From: Candidatus Latescibacterota bacterium
GTDB lineage: Bacteria; Latescibacterota; UBA2968; UBA8231
Length of the DNA stretch: 64,000 bases
Assembly: GCA_965242865.1 (NCBI GenBank)
Contig: CBDETK010000013.1
Coordinates: forward strand, 1,312,001-1,376,000
Direction: 5' to 3'
The first letter of the stretch is position 1; every line of letters starts with the position of its first letter. Shown in pieces: positions 19,182 to 28,626 of this stretch. Both the position numbers and the translations under genes were made by a program. The notes beneath the pieces were generated by a model. The model was not told where the DNA came from, did not search any database, and worked only from the letters and a program-made list of their open reading frames with translations.

Positions 19182-21071
19182 CTGGCAGGCCACCGGCTGA
19201 ATATCCACCCCAAAGATGCTATTCTGAATCAGGTACAGCTTGCGCCCAAAGTCTGAGTCGCGATAGTGCTCAAAGGTCTCGCTGATTTCCTTGAGTTCAG
19301 CCTCGCGTTCTTGTTGATCTTGGGTGTCAAACGCCGCATCCGCCTTAGCTAAGGCGCGTTCCTTTTGCAACTTCTCCCAGTGGGCGTTGTCGGGGTCAAT
19401 CCGCCGCAAGGCCAAAGTGAGTTTATGCAAGACCCCCATGGGAAACGCGCCCGATCCGACCGCCGGGTCCAGCACCTTGAGTTCCGCAATCGCCTGCACA
19501 ATGTCCGCCGCTTCGACCTCCTCAAAGAGTTCATTGGCATCATCAAACGCATCCTCATAGTCCAGCAAATAGCGCAACCGGGCTTGCCAAAACCCAACGT
19601 CGCCATCTCTTGGCGACACGTCAGCCAATGCCGCGACCAACGCCTCATCTACCATGTAATCCACCACCGGACGCGGCGTATAGTACGAGCCGGTCTGCTC
19701 GCGGACGGTGTTGCGGGTTTCGGGATTGTACGCGGCCAGCAAATTCTCGAACACCTTGCCGAGCAATTCCGGGTCAAGCGCGACTTCCTGTTCGGCGGGC
19801 GTGTTTTCCTCCACCGTGAATTTGTAGCGATTGAACAGGGAAATCAGCCCGTCATCGTCAAAAAACAGGCGGTTGGGAATGCTCAACTTGTGGTAGTGAA
19901 CATCGGAAAAGCAGTCAATGCGCCAGCCGCCATAAGTGGTAGATTCCTCGCTGTCCAGACAATCGAACAGGCCACCGTTGATAAAGGGCGTCTGGCTGAA
20001 CAGACACAACAGCTCATCCGGGTCGCTCATTTCTTGTTTGAAGCGATAGCGGGAGAAATCGCGGTGGGTGGCATTCTTCTTTTTGCTAAAACCGCGCTTG
20101 TCGATCTCGGTGTTAAGCGTGGCGAAAAACAGGTTTTGTAGCACCGCACGATAATAGGAATCACCCGCGTCTTGGTCGTAATCCTTCAGCAATTTGGCGA
20201 TTCGCGCCTCAATAAACAGGGCGTCGGCGATGAGCCTCTTTTCCTTGATGAACCAGACGAATAGCAGGCGAGTAATGAGGCGGATGACGTGTTCTTCGGC
20301 GTATAGGGGTCGCGCTTCGCCGGTTGGGAAAGTCGCTTCCTGAACCGCACGGTTGAACCATTTGTACAAATCTTGATAGAACCGCCGATTCAATTCTTCC
20401 GTGTCCAGCGCGTCCAACCAAGCGGCCAACAAGCCATCGAAGTTGGGCAACATGTCGTGGGCGTCCATCCACAGCAACCGCTGCCGCAGCGACAAGTCAG
20501 CGAGAATGTCCAACTGGGCGCGATGCGGCTCGGTCGGGTTAATCTCCCGGACCAGCGACACGTGGCCGAGCACATCGCGATTGGGATCGCGCTTGTGTTC
20601 GCGGCGGTGAACAAAGGACAGGGACAGCCGATCATTAGCGGTCTTGAACAGCACCACCGTCGGCATGGGAAATCGCTTGTTGATCTCGCGGGTAAAGGCG
20701 GCGTATTGCCCGCGTGGATAGGATGCGCCATTTAGCTCAACAGCGGCAAAGAGGAAGCTCCGAGCGTTGCCGCGGTCAAAATCGCCCGCGTTGAACCGCG
20801 TGCGTCGCACCACCGTGATTTCGGCATTGGTCACCTGAAAGAGAATTCGCACGGATTGGACGTTGTCGCGGAATGCCTGCGCGGTCTTCGTGTTTTCATT
20901 GGACGCAGGAAATTGCCGAATAAAGGCATCTGCGTTGCCCGCCAGCGCGAGGGTGCGCTCGCTCCGATAGCCCAACACGTCGAGCAAGTGAACGGCACTT
21001 TCGCACCATTCACCCGTTTGGCAGCACCGTATGGCTTTACGGATCTCCTGTTTGTATGCTGTATCATTCAT
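19023..21071 (-). pseudogene. Type IIG/Eco57I-like restriction-modification methylase, 3'-truncated by IS5
   Basis: PFINGGLF, LDPELLGKVFENLL, GSYYTPRPVV, LDPAVGSGAF, IFGVDIQPVACQ then unrelated sequence; no NPPY motif or target-recognition domain. Confidence 0.85.
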
Positions 21072-21074
21072 CTT

Positions 21075-21188
21075 TAGCAGTCCTAAATAACTTGAAGGCA
21101 TGAAATGTTGATCGGCACCGTCTTTTTCGCCTATGAAAAGTCATTCCCGCGAACGCGGGAATCCAGTCCTGAGTAATATGGGATTGCT
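21075..21188 (+). repeat. MITE/REP-like element family 1, copy B
   Basis: tagcagtcctaaataacttgaaggcatgaaatgttgatc...gtcattcccgcgaacgcgggaatccag fills the helicase-methylase gap. Confidence 0.85.
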
Positions 21189-24100
21189 ATTTAATCACCA
21201 GCCACGTCACAAGTTCAAAATCCGTCGTTTTGCCGATCTGTTCATCGCGCCGCGGCAAGACACTGCGGCGACTAGACAAGAGATTGCCGATAGCCCGCTG
21301 CTGGTAGGTGCTGCTCAAAGACTGCACCGCTTTTTCGAGCAAGTCGTTGTATCGCGTCATGTCGGCGCCGTCGTCCGTCTGCTCGTCAAACAGGGCGCAC
21401 AATTCCTCATGCGGACTTTCCTCCCCTGCACACAACAGCCGATACAGCTCTAGTATCTGCTTGGGTTGGGCAAAAGTAAAGCGCACCTCGCCGCTCTTGC
21501 GGACATAGACGAGAAAATAGGGATGCAGCGGGTTTATCTGCTCATTGCCCGTTGAATCGCCTTGCTGCCGGAGACAAAAAACAACGCCGGCCGTAATCAT
21601 TGGATAATCCGCATGCGCTGGAACAACAGCATAAAGCCCCAAAGGAGCGTCTGCAAGGATTTGCCGATTGCTCTCGATGTACTTCACCAGTTCGACGCGG
21701 AAATCGTCGAGGGTAAATTCATTGAGCACGACGCTTTCGCTGAAATCCTCGAGGTCTAACACTTCGTCTTTCAATCGCAGCAATTGTTTGTCGCGGTAAG
21801 TGAGGTCCTGTTCGAGCAGGTCCCGCATCTCTTCGGGCGCCAATAGATTGTCTCCCTGCGTAGCGGCAATATCGACCAGTGCCATGCGCGCCTCAACGCG
21901 ATTTCTCAGGTTGATATAGCGATTGAGGTCGGGCGTGGGCCAGAAGTTGACGAGTTGAACTCGGTGGTTGATGCTCCCGATGCGGTCAATCCGCCCAAAC
22001 CGTTGGATGATGCGCACCGGATTCCAGTGAATGTCGTAGTTAATCAAGTAATCGCAATCTTGCAGGTTTTGCCCTTCGGATATGCAGTCCGTGCCGATTA
22101 GCAAATCGATCTCCCCGGCCTGCGGCATGGATGGCATCTGGGCGCGTTGCTTGGCCACCGGCGAAAAGTTCGTCAGAATGTGACTCAAGTCGCGCTGGCC
22201 AAACGTCGTTTGATTCCCGGACTCGCCGCCCGATACCATGGCCAGGTGAATCCCCAAGTCTTGGGTGGCCCATGGCCGCAGCGCGTCGTACAGATAGGCG
22301 GCGGTGTCGGCAAAATGGGTGAAAACCAACACCTTGCGATTCGGCTGGCCGCGCTGGTCAGCCGTCGGGTGCTTGACTTTGGCGGCGATGAGGTCCTTGA
22401 GTTTGGCGAGTTTAGCGTCGCGCTCGGGGGTAATGTCTTTGGCAAAAAGATACGGCAGTTCGAGTTGCTCTTTGTCGCGTTGCAAATCCGTCAGCCACGC
22501 TTCAACATCGAGATGCGCCATGTTGAAGACCAGCTTTTTCCCCACCTGCATTGCTTCTTGCAACTCTTCGTCCTCCAAGGCTTCAATTTCGGCTTCTTCC
22601 AAATCCAAATCGGGGTTGTCCGCGCGGAACGCCTGAAACCGCTGGATTCGTTTTGCTAGTGTCTCAATTTTTTCAATGGTCCGCTCCAGCGTAATGGCAA
22701 AGGAATGAACCGAACTTTCCAGCCGCTTGAGAAAGTTCACCTTCATCATGCCGATCAAGTAGTGTTCCCGGTCGCTTTGCCTAAAGTTTTTTATCGGCGG
22801 CCCATCGTATGCTGAACGGTATTGAGGGAGGACGTACCGCGAAGGATTGAACAAGGAAAGCTGGTACTTAGAGATTTCGTCGTTCAGATCGTCGTACGAC
22901 ATAAACCCATCTTGCCGCAAGTCAATGTTCGCATAGACGGCCTGCGGCTGACCGCGCTCGGGGAATCCACCCAGTTCCGCCAGCGAGTCCGGGTAGTATC
23001 GCTCGATGTGCTTGCGGGAACGGGCAATGGTCAACTCGTCGAGCAGCTTAAAAAAAGTGGAACTGAGCCGTTCCAAGAGCTCGCGGGTTTGGCGAGCGTC
23101 CGACCGCTTGGCCCATTCCGTAAAGGTGCGTTGAGCCGTGGCCAGCGTCTCTTGCAGGCTGGCCACGCCGAGCGATTCGCCAAAGGCGTCGTCGCGGCCT
23201 TCGGTCAAAAAGTAAAGCTGGTTGCGCAAGTCTTTCAGGTCGTTGTTCACCGGCGTCGCAGAAAGCAATAGCACCTTGGTCTTAACGCCGCGCTGGACAA
23301 CATCCTCCATCAACCGTTGATAGCGGCTCTTGCGAATTAGCTTGCCGTCCTCGTCCCGCTTGCCGGGCGTGTTGTTGCGGAAGTTGTGCGATTCGTCGAT
23401 GACCACCAAATCGAAATTGCCCCAGTGAATGGTCGCCAGATCGAGATCGCCCGACCGGCCGCGGTCGCGGCTCAGATCGGTATGGGCCAGCACCGTGTAG
23501 CGAAAGCGGTCTTTGAGGAACGGGTTGAGTGCGCTGTTGTTCTGCGCTTGATATATCGTCCAGTTGTCGCGCAGCTTCTTGGGACACAAGACGAGGACGC
23601 GGGCATTCAGCAGCTCAAAGTATTTGATCACGGCGAGGGCCTCAAAGGTCTTGCCCAAGCCCACGCTATCGGCGATGATGCAGCCATTGTGTTGCTGGAT
23701 TTTGTGGATCGCGTTCTTGGCGCCATCCCGCTGAAATTCAAACAGGGCCTGCCATATCTCCGTATCGACGAGTTGCTGTGGTCCGGTGAGCAGGCCGCTG
23801 TTTTCCTGTTCCGCCAAAAACCGCTCAAAAAGGTGAAACAGGGTTTTGTAGTAGATAAATTCCGGCGCGTGATTTTGGTAGAGCTGCTCTAGATAGGACA
23901 GCACATCCGCGGTGACATCTTTGACCCGGCTGTTGTCTTGCCACAGTTCGTCAAACCACGCCTTTAGGTCGCGGCGGTCGCGGTTGCTATCCACCTCCAG
24001 ATTGAGCTCAATGTTGTTGCCCGCACCCGTCGGACTCAGGCCCAAACCGCACACCGTAAAATTGGAACTGCCCAAGATCGCTTCTTCCACGCCGTTGCGG

Positions 24101-24492
24101 GCGATGTGGTACATTTTCCCGTGCAACAAATTCAACGCCCGAATGGACCGAATCTGTACCTTGCGGTCGATCCACTCGGCGCATTCTCGGGCCACGCGCT
24201 TTTGTTGGAGTCGATTTTGTAGCTGCAAGCCCTCGTCTTCGATTTTGAAGGCTTTTTTGTCGGTCCGTTCCGGGTCCAGGCTTTGGATAAAGCGCGGTTC
24301 GCCAAACAAAAACCGGAGGTCTTCGATGTCTAGCAGCGATGCCTTTAGCGCGTCAAAGGCATAAATGGTAAAGTACGCGGAGACGATGGAAAGCGATGAG
24401 CCGCCCTGGATCTTGGCCTTGAGAAACTCGCCCACCGTGCCGCGGCGGTGGTTGTCGCGGATGCCAGATGCGGCTGGGCTAGCGTCCGCCAT
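21187..24492 (-). CDS. PLD-nuclease-domain SNF2 helicase (R-M associated)
   Basis: HGKMY...GSSNFT (PLD), ADSVGLGKT, IDESHNFRN, SATP, SEGQNLQ, QRFGRIDR. Confidence 0.92.
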   Translation of the reverse strand: MADASPAASGIRDNHRRGTVGEFLKAKIQGGSSLSIVSAYFTIYAFDALKASLLDIEDLRFLFGEPRFIQSLDPERTDKKAFKIEDEGLQLQNRLQQKRVARECAEWIDRKVQIRSIRALNLLHGKMYHIARNGVEEAILGSSNFTVCGLGLSPTGAGNNIELNLEVDSNRDRRDLKAWFDELWQDNSRVKDVTADVLSYLEQLYQNHAPEFIYYKTLFHLFERFLAEQENSGLLTGPQQLVDTEIWQALFEFQRDGAKNAIHKIQQHNGCIIADSVGLGKTFEALAVIKYFELLNARVLVLCPKKLRDNWTIYQAQNNSALNPFLKDRFRYTVLAHTDLSRDRGRSGDLDLATIHWGNFDLVVIDESHNFRNNTPGKRDEDGKLIRKSRYQRLMEDVVQRGVKTKVLLLSATPVNNDLKDLRNQLYFLTEGRDDAFGESLGVASLQETLATAQRTFTEWAKRSDARQTRELLERLSSTFFKLLDELTIARSRKHIERYYPDSLAELGGFPERGQPQAVYANIDLRQDGFMSYDDLNDEISKYQLSLFNPSRYVLPQYRSAYDGPPIKNFRQSDREHYLIGMMKVNFLKRLESSVHSFAITLERTIEKIETLAKRIQRFQAFRADNPDLDLEEAEIEALEDEELQEAMQVGKKLVFNMAHLDVEAWLTDLQRDKEQLELPYLFAKDITPERDAKLAKLKDLIAAKVKHPTADQRGQPNRKVLVFTHFADTAAYLYDALRPWATQDLGIHLAMVSGGESGNQTTFGQRDLSHILTNFSPVAKQRAQMPSMPQAGEIDLLIGTDCISEGQNLQDCDYLINYDIHWNPVRIIQRFGRIDRIGSINHRVQLVNFWPTPDLNRYINLRNRVEARMALVDIAATQGDNLLAPEEMRDLLEQDLTYRDKQLLRLKDEVLDLEDFSESVVLNEFTLDDFRVELVKYIESNRQILADAPLGLYAVVPAHADYPMITAGVVFCLRQQGDSTGNEQINPLHPYFLVYVRKSGEVRFTFAQPKQILELYRLLCAGEESPHEELCALFDEQTDDGADMTRYNDLLEKAVQSLSSTYQQRAIGNLLSSRRSVLPRRDEQIGKTTDFELVTWLVIK

Positions 24493-25009
24493 GGTGCAGG
24501 GCCTTTTGATACAGGCCGACGCTGTAGAACTCGTAAGCCGCCGCCTTGTCCGGGAAATCGACCACGTGGACCGTGAAGCGGGCCGGCACCCCGGCGTCGG
24601 GCATGCAGTCGCGGAAAAAGCGACTGTACGCTTCGGCGTATTCTTGGTAGAGCCGCTGTTGCTCCGCGTGAAAGTGCTGCGGATCGGTCAGGGGGTTTAC
24701 GTCCTTGGGCTGGGCGCCAAAGGCGTGGACTTCGATGAAATCGATCTGGGCAATGGAGTCGCAAATCTCGGCTTGCCGCAGCCACTGCTCCCAACAGCGA
24801 AAGACCAAGTCGACCTCAACGGCCGGCGTCATCCGCACCAACTCGTCGCGGCCGAGGATCCCCTGCGCCGAATGCCCGCCGGTCAAGCCAGCGAAGTAAA
24901 TTTTCAAGTCGCCGTTGTCCAGTGCTTCGGTCACCAAGGCCGATAAGGTGGGGTGCTCCCCGTTGTAGTAATAGGTCAATCGGCCGCGTTGCTTGACGTT
25001 AAATGCCAT
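24479..25009 (-). CDS. Hypothetical protein
   Basis: 176 aa ORF from ATG 25009 after AAGGA; overlaps the helicase start. Confidence 0.7.
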   Translation of the reverse strand: MAFNVKQRGRLTYYYNGEHPTLSALVTEALDNGDLKIYFAGLTGGHSAQGILGRDELVRMTPAVEVDLVFRCWEQWLRQAEICDSIAQIDFIEVHAFGAQPKDVNPLTDPQHFHAEQQRLYQEYAEAYSRFFRDCMPDAGVPARFTVHVVDFPDKAAAYEFYSVGLYQKALHHGGR

Positions 25010-25029
25010 GGTATTCCTTTCAGATTGCG

Positions 25030-27894
25030 TTAGAGTGCTTCGACGAAAATCTCGGCCCAATGCCGCGCCCGCCGCCCGGTAAAATCCGCGATCTGGTGGC
25101 GACACGAGGTCCCGACCGCCGCGATCTCCACCTCCTCGGCCGCATCCTCCAGCGCGGCAAAGAGCCGCTCCTGCCCCACCGCGCGCGATATTTCAAAGTG
25201 TTCCTTTTCGTAGCCAAAGCTGCCGGCCATGCCACAGCAGCCCGAGGGGATTTCCTCGGCCCGAAAGCCGGGGGGCATGTTGAGCACGGCCAGGGTCGCG
25301 GCCGTTCCGGTCAGGGCCTTTTGGTGGCAGTGGCCGTGGACCAAAATCTGGCGGGCCGTCTGGTTGAACTCCACCTCAAGCGGCGCCGCGCCGACGAGAA
25401 AGTCTTCGAGCAGGACCGTTTGCTCGGCCACGCGCTGGCTTTGCCGGTCGTCCATCAAGTCGCGGTAATCGTCGCTGAGGGCCGACGCGCAGCTCGGCTC
25501 CAGCCCGATGATCGGCACCCCTTGCTCGGCCCAAGGCGCGAGCACCTCGACGTTGCGCTGGGCCAAGGCGCGGGCGCGGTCGAGAAAGCCCTTGGATATG
25601 AACGGCCGACCGCAACAGACTTTGCCCTCGGCCAACACGACCTCGTACCCGGCGCGCTCCAAGATGGTCGTCGCCGCCCGGCCAATGGCCGGCTCGTTGT
25701 ACTCGACGAAGGTGTCGTTGAAGAGCACGACGCGGCCCTTGCGGCCGCTGGCTGGCGGCCGGCCGGCAAACCAGCGCGAAAACGGCTGGCGGGCAAAGGC
25801 CGGCAACCGGCGGCGGCGGTCAATGCCCAAAAATGCGTCCAACAGCCAGCGATTGAACCCGCTGCGGCCGATCCAATTCGACAGGGGGGCCAACGCCGAT
25901 CCCAAGCGGCTGATGCGGGCGATGTCGGCAAAGAGCCGCGACCGCAGGGGGTAGCCGTGCTGGCGATGGTAGTGGGCGAGAAATTCGTACTTGAGTTTGG
26001 CCATATCCACGCTCGACGGGCACTCGGCCTTGCAGGCTTTGCACTCCAAGCACAGGTCCATCACGCGGTGGACCGCTCGGCTGTGCAGGCCGTCGGGCAA
26101 TGCGCCGGAGAGCGCGGCGCGCAGGGCATTGGCGCGGCCGCGGGTGGTGTGCTCCTCGTCCAAGGTCGCCATGTACGACGGGCACATCGTGCCGACCAGT
26201 TTTTTGCGGCAGTGGCCCACCCCGGAGCACATTTCAACGGCTTCCTGAAAACCGCCCGCCTCGCTAAAGCTGAAAAACGTCTCGACCTGGGCTGTCTGGT
26301 AGCCCTCGTGGTAGCGCAGGTGCTCGTCCATCGGCGGGGGGCGGGTGATCTTGCCGGGATTCATGATTCCCTGTGGATCAAACGCATCCTTCACCTCGGC
26401 AAAAGCCGCGACCAACTCCGGGCTGAACATCTTGGCGATCCACTCGCTGCGGGCCAAGCCATCGCCGTGCTCGCCCGACACAGTCCCCCCGTACTCGCGC
26501 ACCATGTCGCTCATCCTCTCCTCGATCTGGCGCAAGAGCCGGATGCCCTCGGGGTCTTTGAGGCTGAAGATGGGCCGGATGTGCAACAGGCCGACGCTGG
26601 CGTGCCCATAGTACTCGGCCTCAATCCCCAATTCCTCCATCAGCGCGACCACTCGGCGGACGTAATCGGGCAGGTGGGCGACCGGGACGCAGGTATCCTC
26701 CACCCCGGGCTGGGGCTTGGGATCGCCCTTCATGCCCATCAAAAGCCCCAACCCGGCCTTGCGCAACGCCCATATCGCCTGCTGATCCCCAGCGGCCACG
26801 GCCCGCGCAAACGCATAGCCCATCCGGCGCGTACGCAAGCACTCTTCCAATTCGTCCAGCTTGCGGTGCAACTCGGCCTGGGAGTCCGCATAGTACTCCA
26901 CGATGAGCAAGGCGGCTGGATCGCCGGTGAGGAAGCGGCGGCTCGGGGCGTGTTCGAGCGAGCCTTGGGTTTGGTCGAGCAGAATTTTGTCGATCAACTC
27001 GCTCGCCACGGGCGCGGTCTCCAGCGCGGTCAGGTTGGCCTCCATGGCCTCGACCAAGTCGTGGAAGTGGACGGCCACCAAGCCCTGGTGCGCGGGCAAC
27101 TCAACCAAGTTCAATTGCGCTTCAACGACCGCGCAGAGCGTGCCCTCCGAGCCGACGACCAGCTTGCTCAGGTCAAAGGGCGCGCCGTCGATGAATTCGT
27201 CGAGATTGTACCCGGAAACGCGGCGCATCACTTGGGGAAATCCCGTGCGGATCGCTGCTTCGCGCTCGCGGACGATGCGGCGCACTGCGCGGTAAATGCG
27301 GCCTTCAAGGTGGTCCAAGCGCGCCCGGCGTTCGCACTCCTCGTCGTCGAGCGGCCCAAAGACCGCTTGCGAGCCGTCGGCCAACACCGCCTTTAGCTCC
27401 CGGATGTGGTCAATGGTCTTGCCGTAGATAATGGAGTGGGCGCCGCAGGAGTTGTTGCCGATCATGCCGCCGATATTGGCCCGGCTGCTCGTGGATACAT
27501 CGGGCGCGAACATCAGGCCGTAGGGCTGCAAGAACGCATTGAGCTCGTCGAGCACCAAGCCCGGCTGCACCCGAACCCAGCGCTCGTCCGGGTTGAACTC
27601 CAAGATCCGATTCATGTATTTGGAAAAATCGACATGGACCGCAGCTCCCACGGACTGGCCGGCCAAACTCGTGCCGCCGCCGCGCGGCAAGACGGCCGCT
27701 TGCTGCTCAGCGGCAATTTTTACGGTCGCGACGACATCGGCCTCGTCTTTGGGCACGACTAGGCCGAGGGGCTCCATCTCGTAGATGCTGGCGTCGGTGC
27801 GGTAGAGCATGCGCGAAACCGGGTCAAAGCGCACTTCGCCGCGCACGGCCTGCCGCAAGGCCATCTCCAAGGTATTTCTGTTCATTTTGGGCAT
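25030..27894 (-). CDS. FAD-linked oxidase fused to an Fe-S/CCG domain (GlcD-GlcF-like)
   Basis: RGGGTSLAGQ, GSEGTL, GEHGDG, CSGVGHC, CLECKACKAECP, CCG and CCGMAG. Confidence 0.92.
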   Translation of the reverse strand: MPKMNRNTLEMALRQAVRGEVRFDPVSRMLYRTDASIYEMEPLGLVVPKDEADVVATVKIAAEQQAAVLPRGGGTSLAGQSVGAAVHVDFSKYMNRILEFNPDERWVRVQPGLVLDELNAFLQPYGLMFAPDVSTSSRANIGGMIGNNSCGAHSIIYGKTIDHIRELKAVLADGSQAVFGPLDDEECERRARLDHLEGRIYRAVRRIVREREAAIRTGFPQVMRRVSGYNLDEFIDGAPFDLSKLVVGSEGTLCAVVEAQLNLVELPAHQGLVAVHFHDLVEAMEANLTALETAPVASELIDKILLDQTQGSLEHAPSRRFLTGDPAALLIVEYYADSQAELHRKLDELEECLRTRRMGYAFARAVAAGDQQAIWALRKAGLGLLMGMKGDPKPQPGVEDTCVPVAHLPDYVRRVVALMEELGIEAEYYGHASVGLLHIRPIFSLKDPEGIRLLRQIEERMSDMVREYGGTVSGEHGDGLARSEWIAKMFSPELVAAFAEVKDAFDPQGIMNPGKITRPPPMDEHLRYHEGYQTAQVETFFSFSEAGGFQEAVEMCSGVGHCRKKLVGTMCPSYMATLDEEHTTRGRANALRAALSGALPDGLHSRAVHRVMDLCLECKACKAECPSSVDMAKLKYEFLAHYHRQHGYPLRSRLFADIARISRLGSALAPLSNWIGRSGFNRWLLDAFLGIDRRRRLPAFARQPFSRWFAGRPPASGRKGRVVLFNDTFVEYNEPAIGRAATTILERAGYEVVLAEGKVCCGRPFISKGFLDRARALAQRNVEVLAPWAEQGVPIIGLEPSCASALSDDYRDLMDDRQSQRVAEQTVLLEDFLVGAAPLEVEFNQTARQILVHGHCHQKALTGTAATLAVLNMPPGFRAEEIPSGCCGMAGSFGYEKEHFEISRAVGQERLFAALEDAAEEVEIAAVGTSCRHQIADFTGRRARHWAEIFVEAL

Positions 27895-28004
27895 TCGCCT
27901 TTCCACTCTGCCGGGGGCTACCGCAATAGTAAGAAGGCACGCTGCGGGCCGTCAATTCCGCTGGGGCGCATTTTCACTTTTTGCAAAAAATATCCAATAT
28001 GTAG

Positions 28005-28033
28005 TTGACAGACGTTTTTAGCCCCAATAGATT
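28005..28033 (+). promoter_or_regulatory. Sigma70-type promoter
   Basis: TTGACA-N17-TAGATT. Confidence 0.7.
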
Positions 28034-28060
28034 GATTAGTTCCACGTGGTTAGCGTACGC

Positions 28061-28111
28061 AAAAAAGGGGCTTCCGGGACAAGGGGAGATCGCGGAAGCC
28101 CCTACTTTTTT
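28061..28111. terminator. Bidirectional terminator-like hairpin between the promoter and zapA
   Basis: aaaaaaggggcttccg...cggaagcccct-ac-tttttt. Confidence 0.55.
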
Positions 28112-28126
28112 ATTCTCCCGAATCTC

Positions 28127-28456
28127 ATGTCACAAGACCAGCCTGTCGCGGTCCGCATCTACAATCAGACCTATCACCTCGTCAACAACGAGGGCCAAGA
28201 CCCGGAGTACATCCGGCACGCTGCGGCCTATCTCGACGAGAAGATGCAGCAAATAGCCGCTGCGGTTGGCTCCCGAAGTCCGCTCGATGTCGCCATCTTA
28301 GCCGGGCTGCATATCGCCGAAGAGGTGCTCCGCGCTCGCCAGCACAAGGACGCGCTGATCAACCGCGCCGATGCCCGCATCGGCTCCTTCACTCAGTTGC
28401 TGTCCGACGATCCCACCCCCCCAGACAGCCCCCCTACGGAAACCAAGCGGTTCTAA
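28127..28456 (+). CDS. zapA: Cell division protein ZapA
   Basis: VRIYNQTYHL...YIRHAAAYLDEKMQQI...VAILAGLHIAEE. Confidence 0.9.
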   Translation: MSQDQPVAVRIYNQTYHLVNNEGQDPEYIRHAAAYLDEKMQQIAAAVGSRSPLDVAILAGLHIAEEVLRARQHKDALINRADARIGSFTQLLSDDPTPPDSPPTETKRF

Positions 28457-28479
28457 TTCGCTGCTGCTGCTAGTTTTCG

Positions 28480-28580
28480 GCAGGACGCTACGTTGTGGTT
28501 TTACTGCGTGTACGTAGCCTTCAGTCATTCTCGCAAAAGGACGTCACCCCGTGCTCCGACACGGGGCGGGAATCCAGCGC
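28480..28580 (+). repeat. REP/MITE-like element, copy D
   Basis: caggacgc...ggttttactgcgtgta shared with 30089-30120; gtcaccccgtgctccgacacggggcgggaatccag shared (inverted) with ~48745-48780. Confidence 0.8.
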
Positions 28581-28626
28581 GGGGTATGCTTAGCCCCACT
28601 TCCCTCGATCATACTCGCTCGCGTCG

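Noticed and set aside
19023-24492. DISARM class I or BREX
   Set aside because: No drmA/drmB (DUF1998), pglZ or brxC nearby; only a helicase and a truncated methylase.
25003-27396. 797 aa plus-strand ORF and similar long antisense ORFs (315-1193, 10165-11202, 51004-52056)
   Set aside because: Shadow ORFs of GC-rich genes on the opposite strand; no recognisable motifs.
28457-28626. 6S RNA, often found after zapA
   Set aside because: The interval is mostly explained by the dispersed repeat family; no long 6S-like rod is visible.
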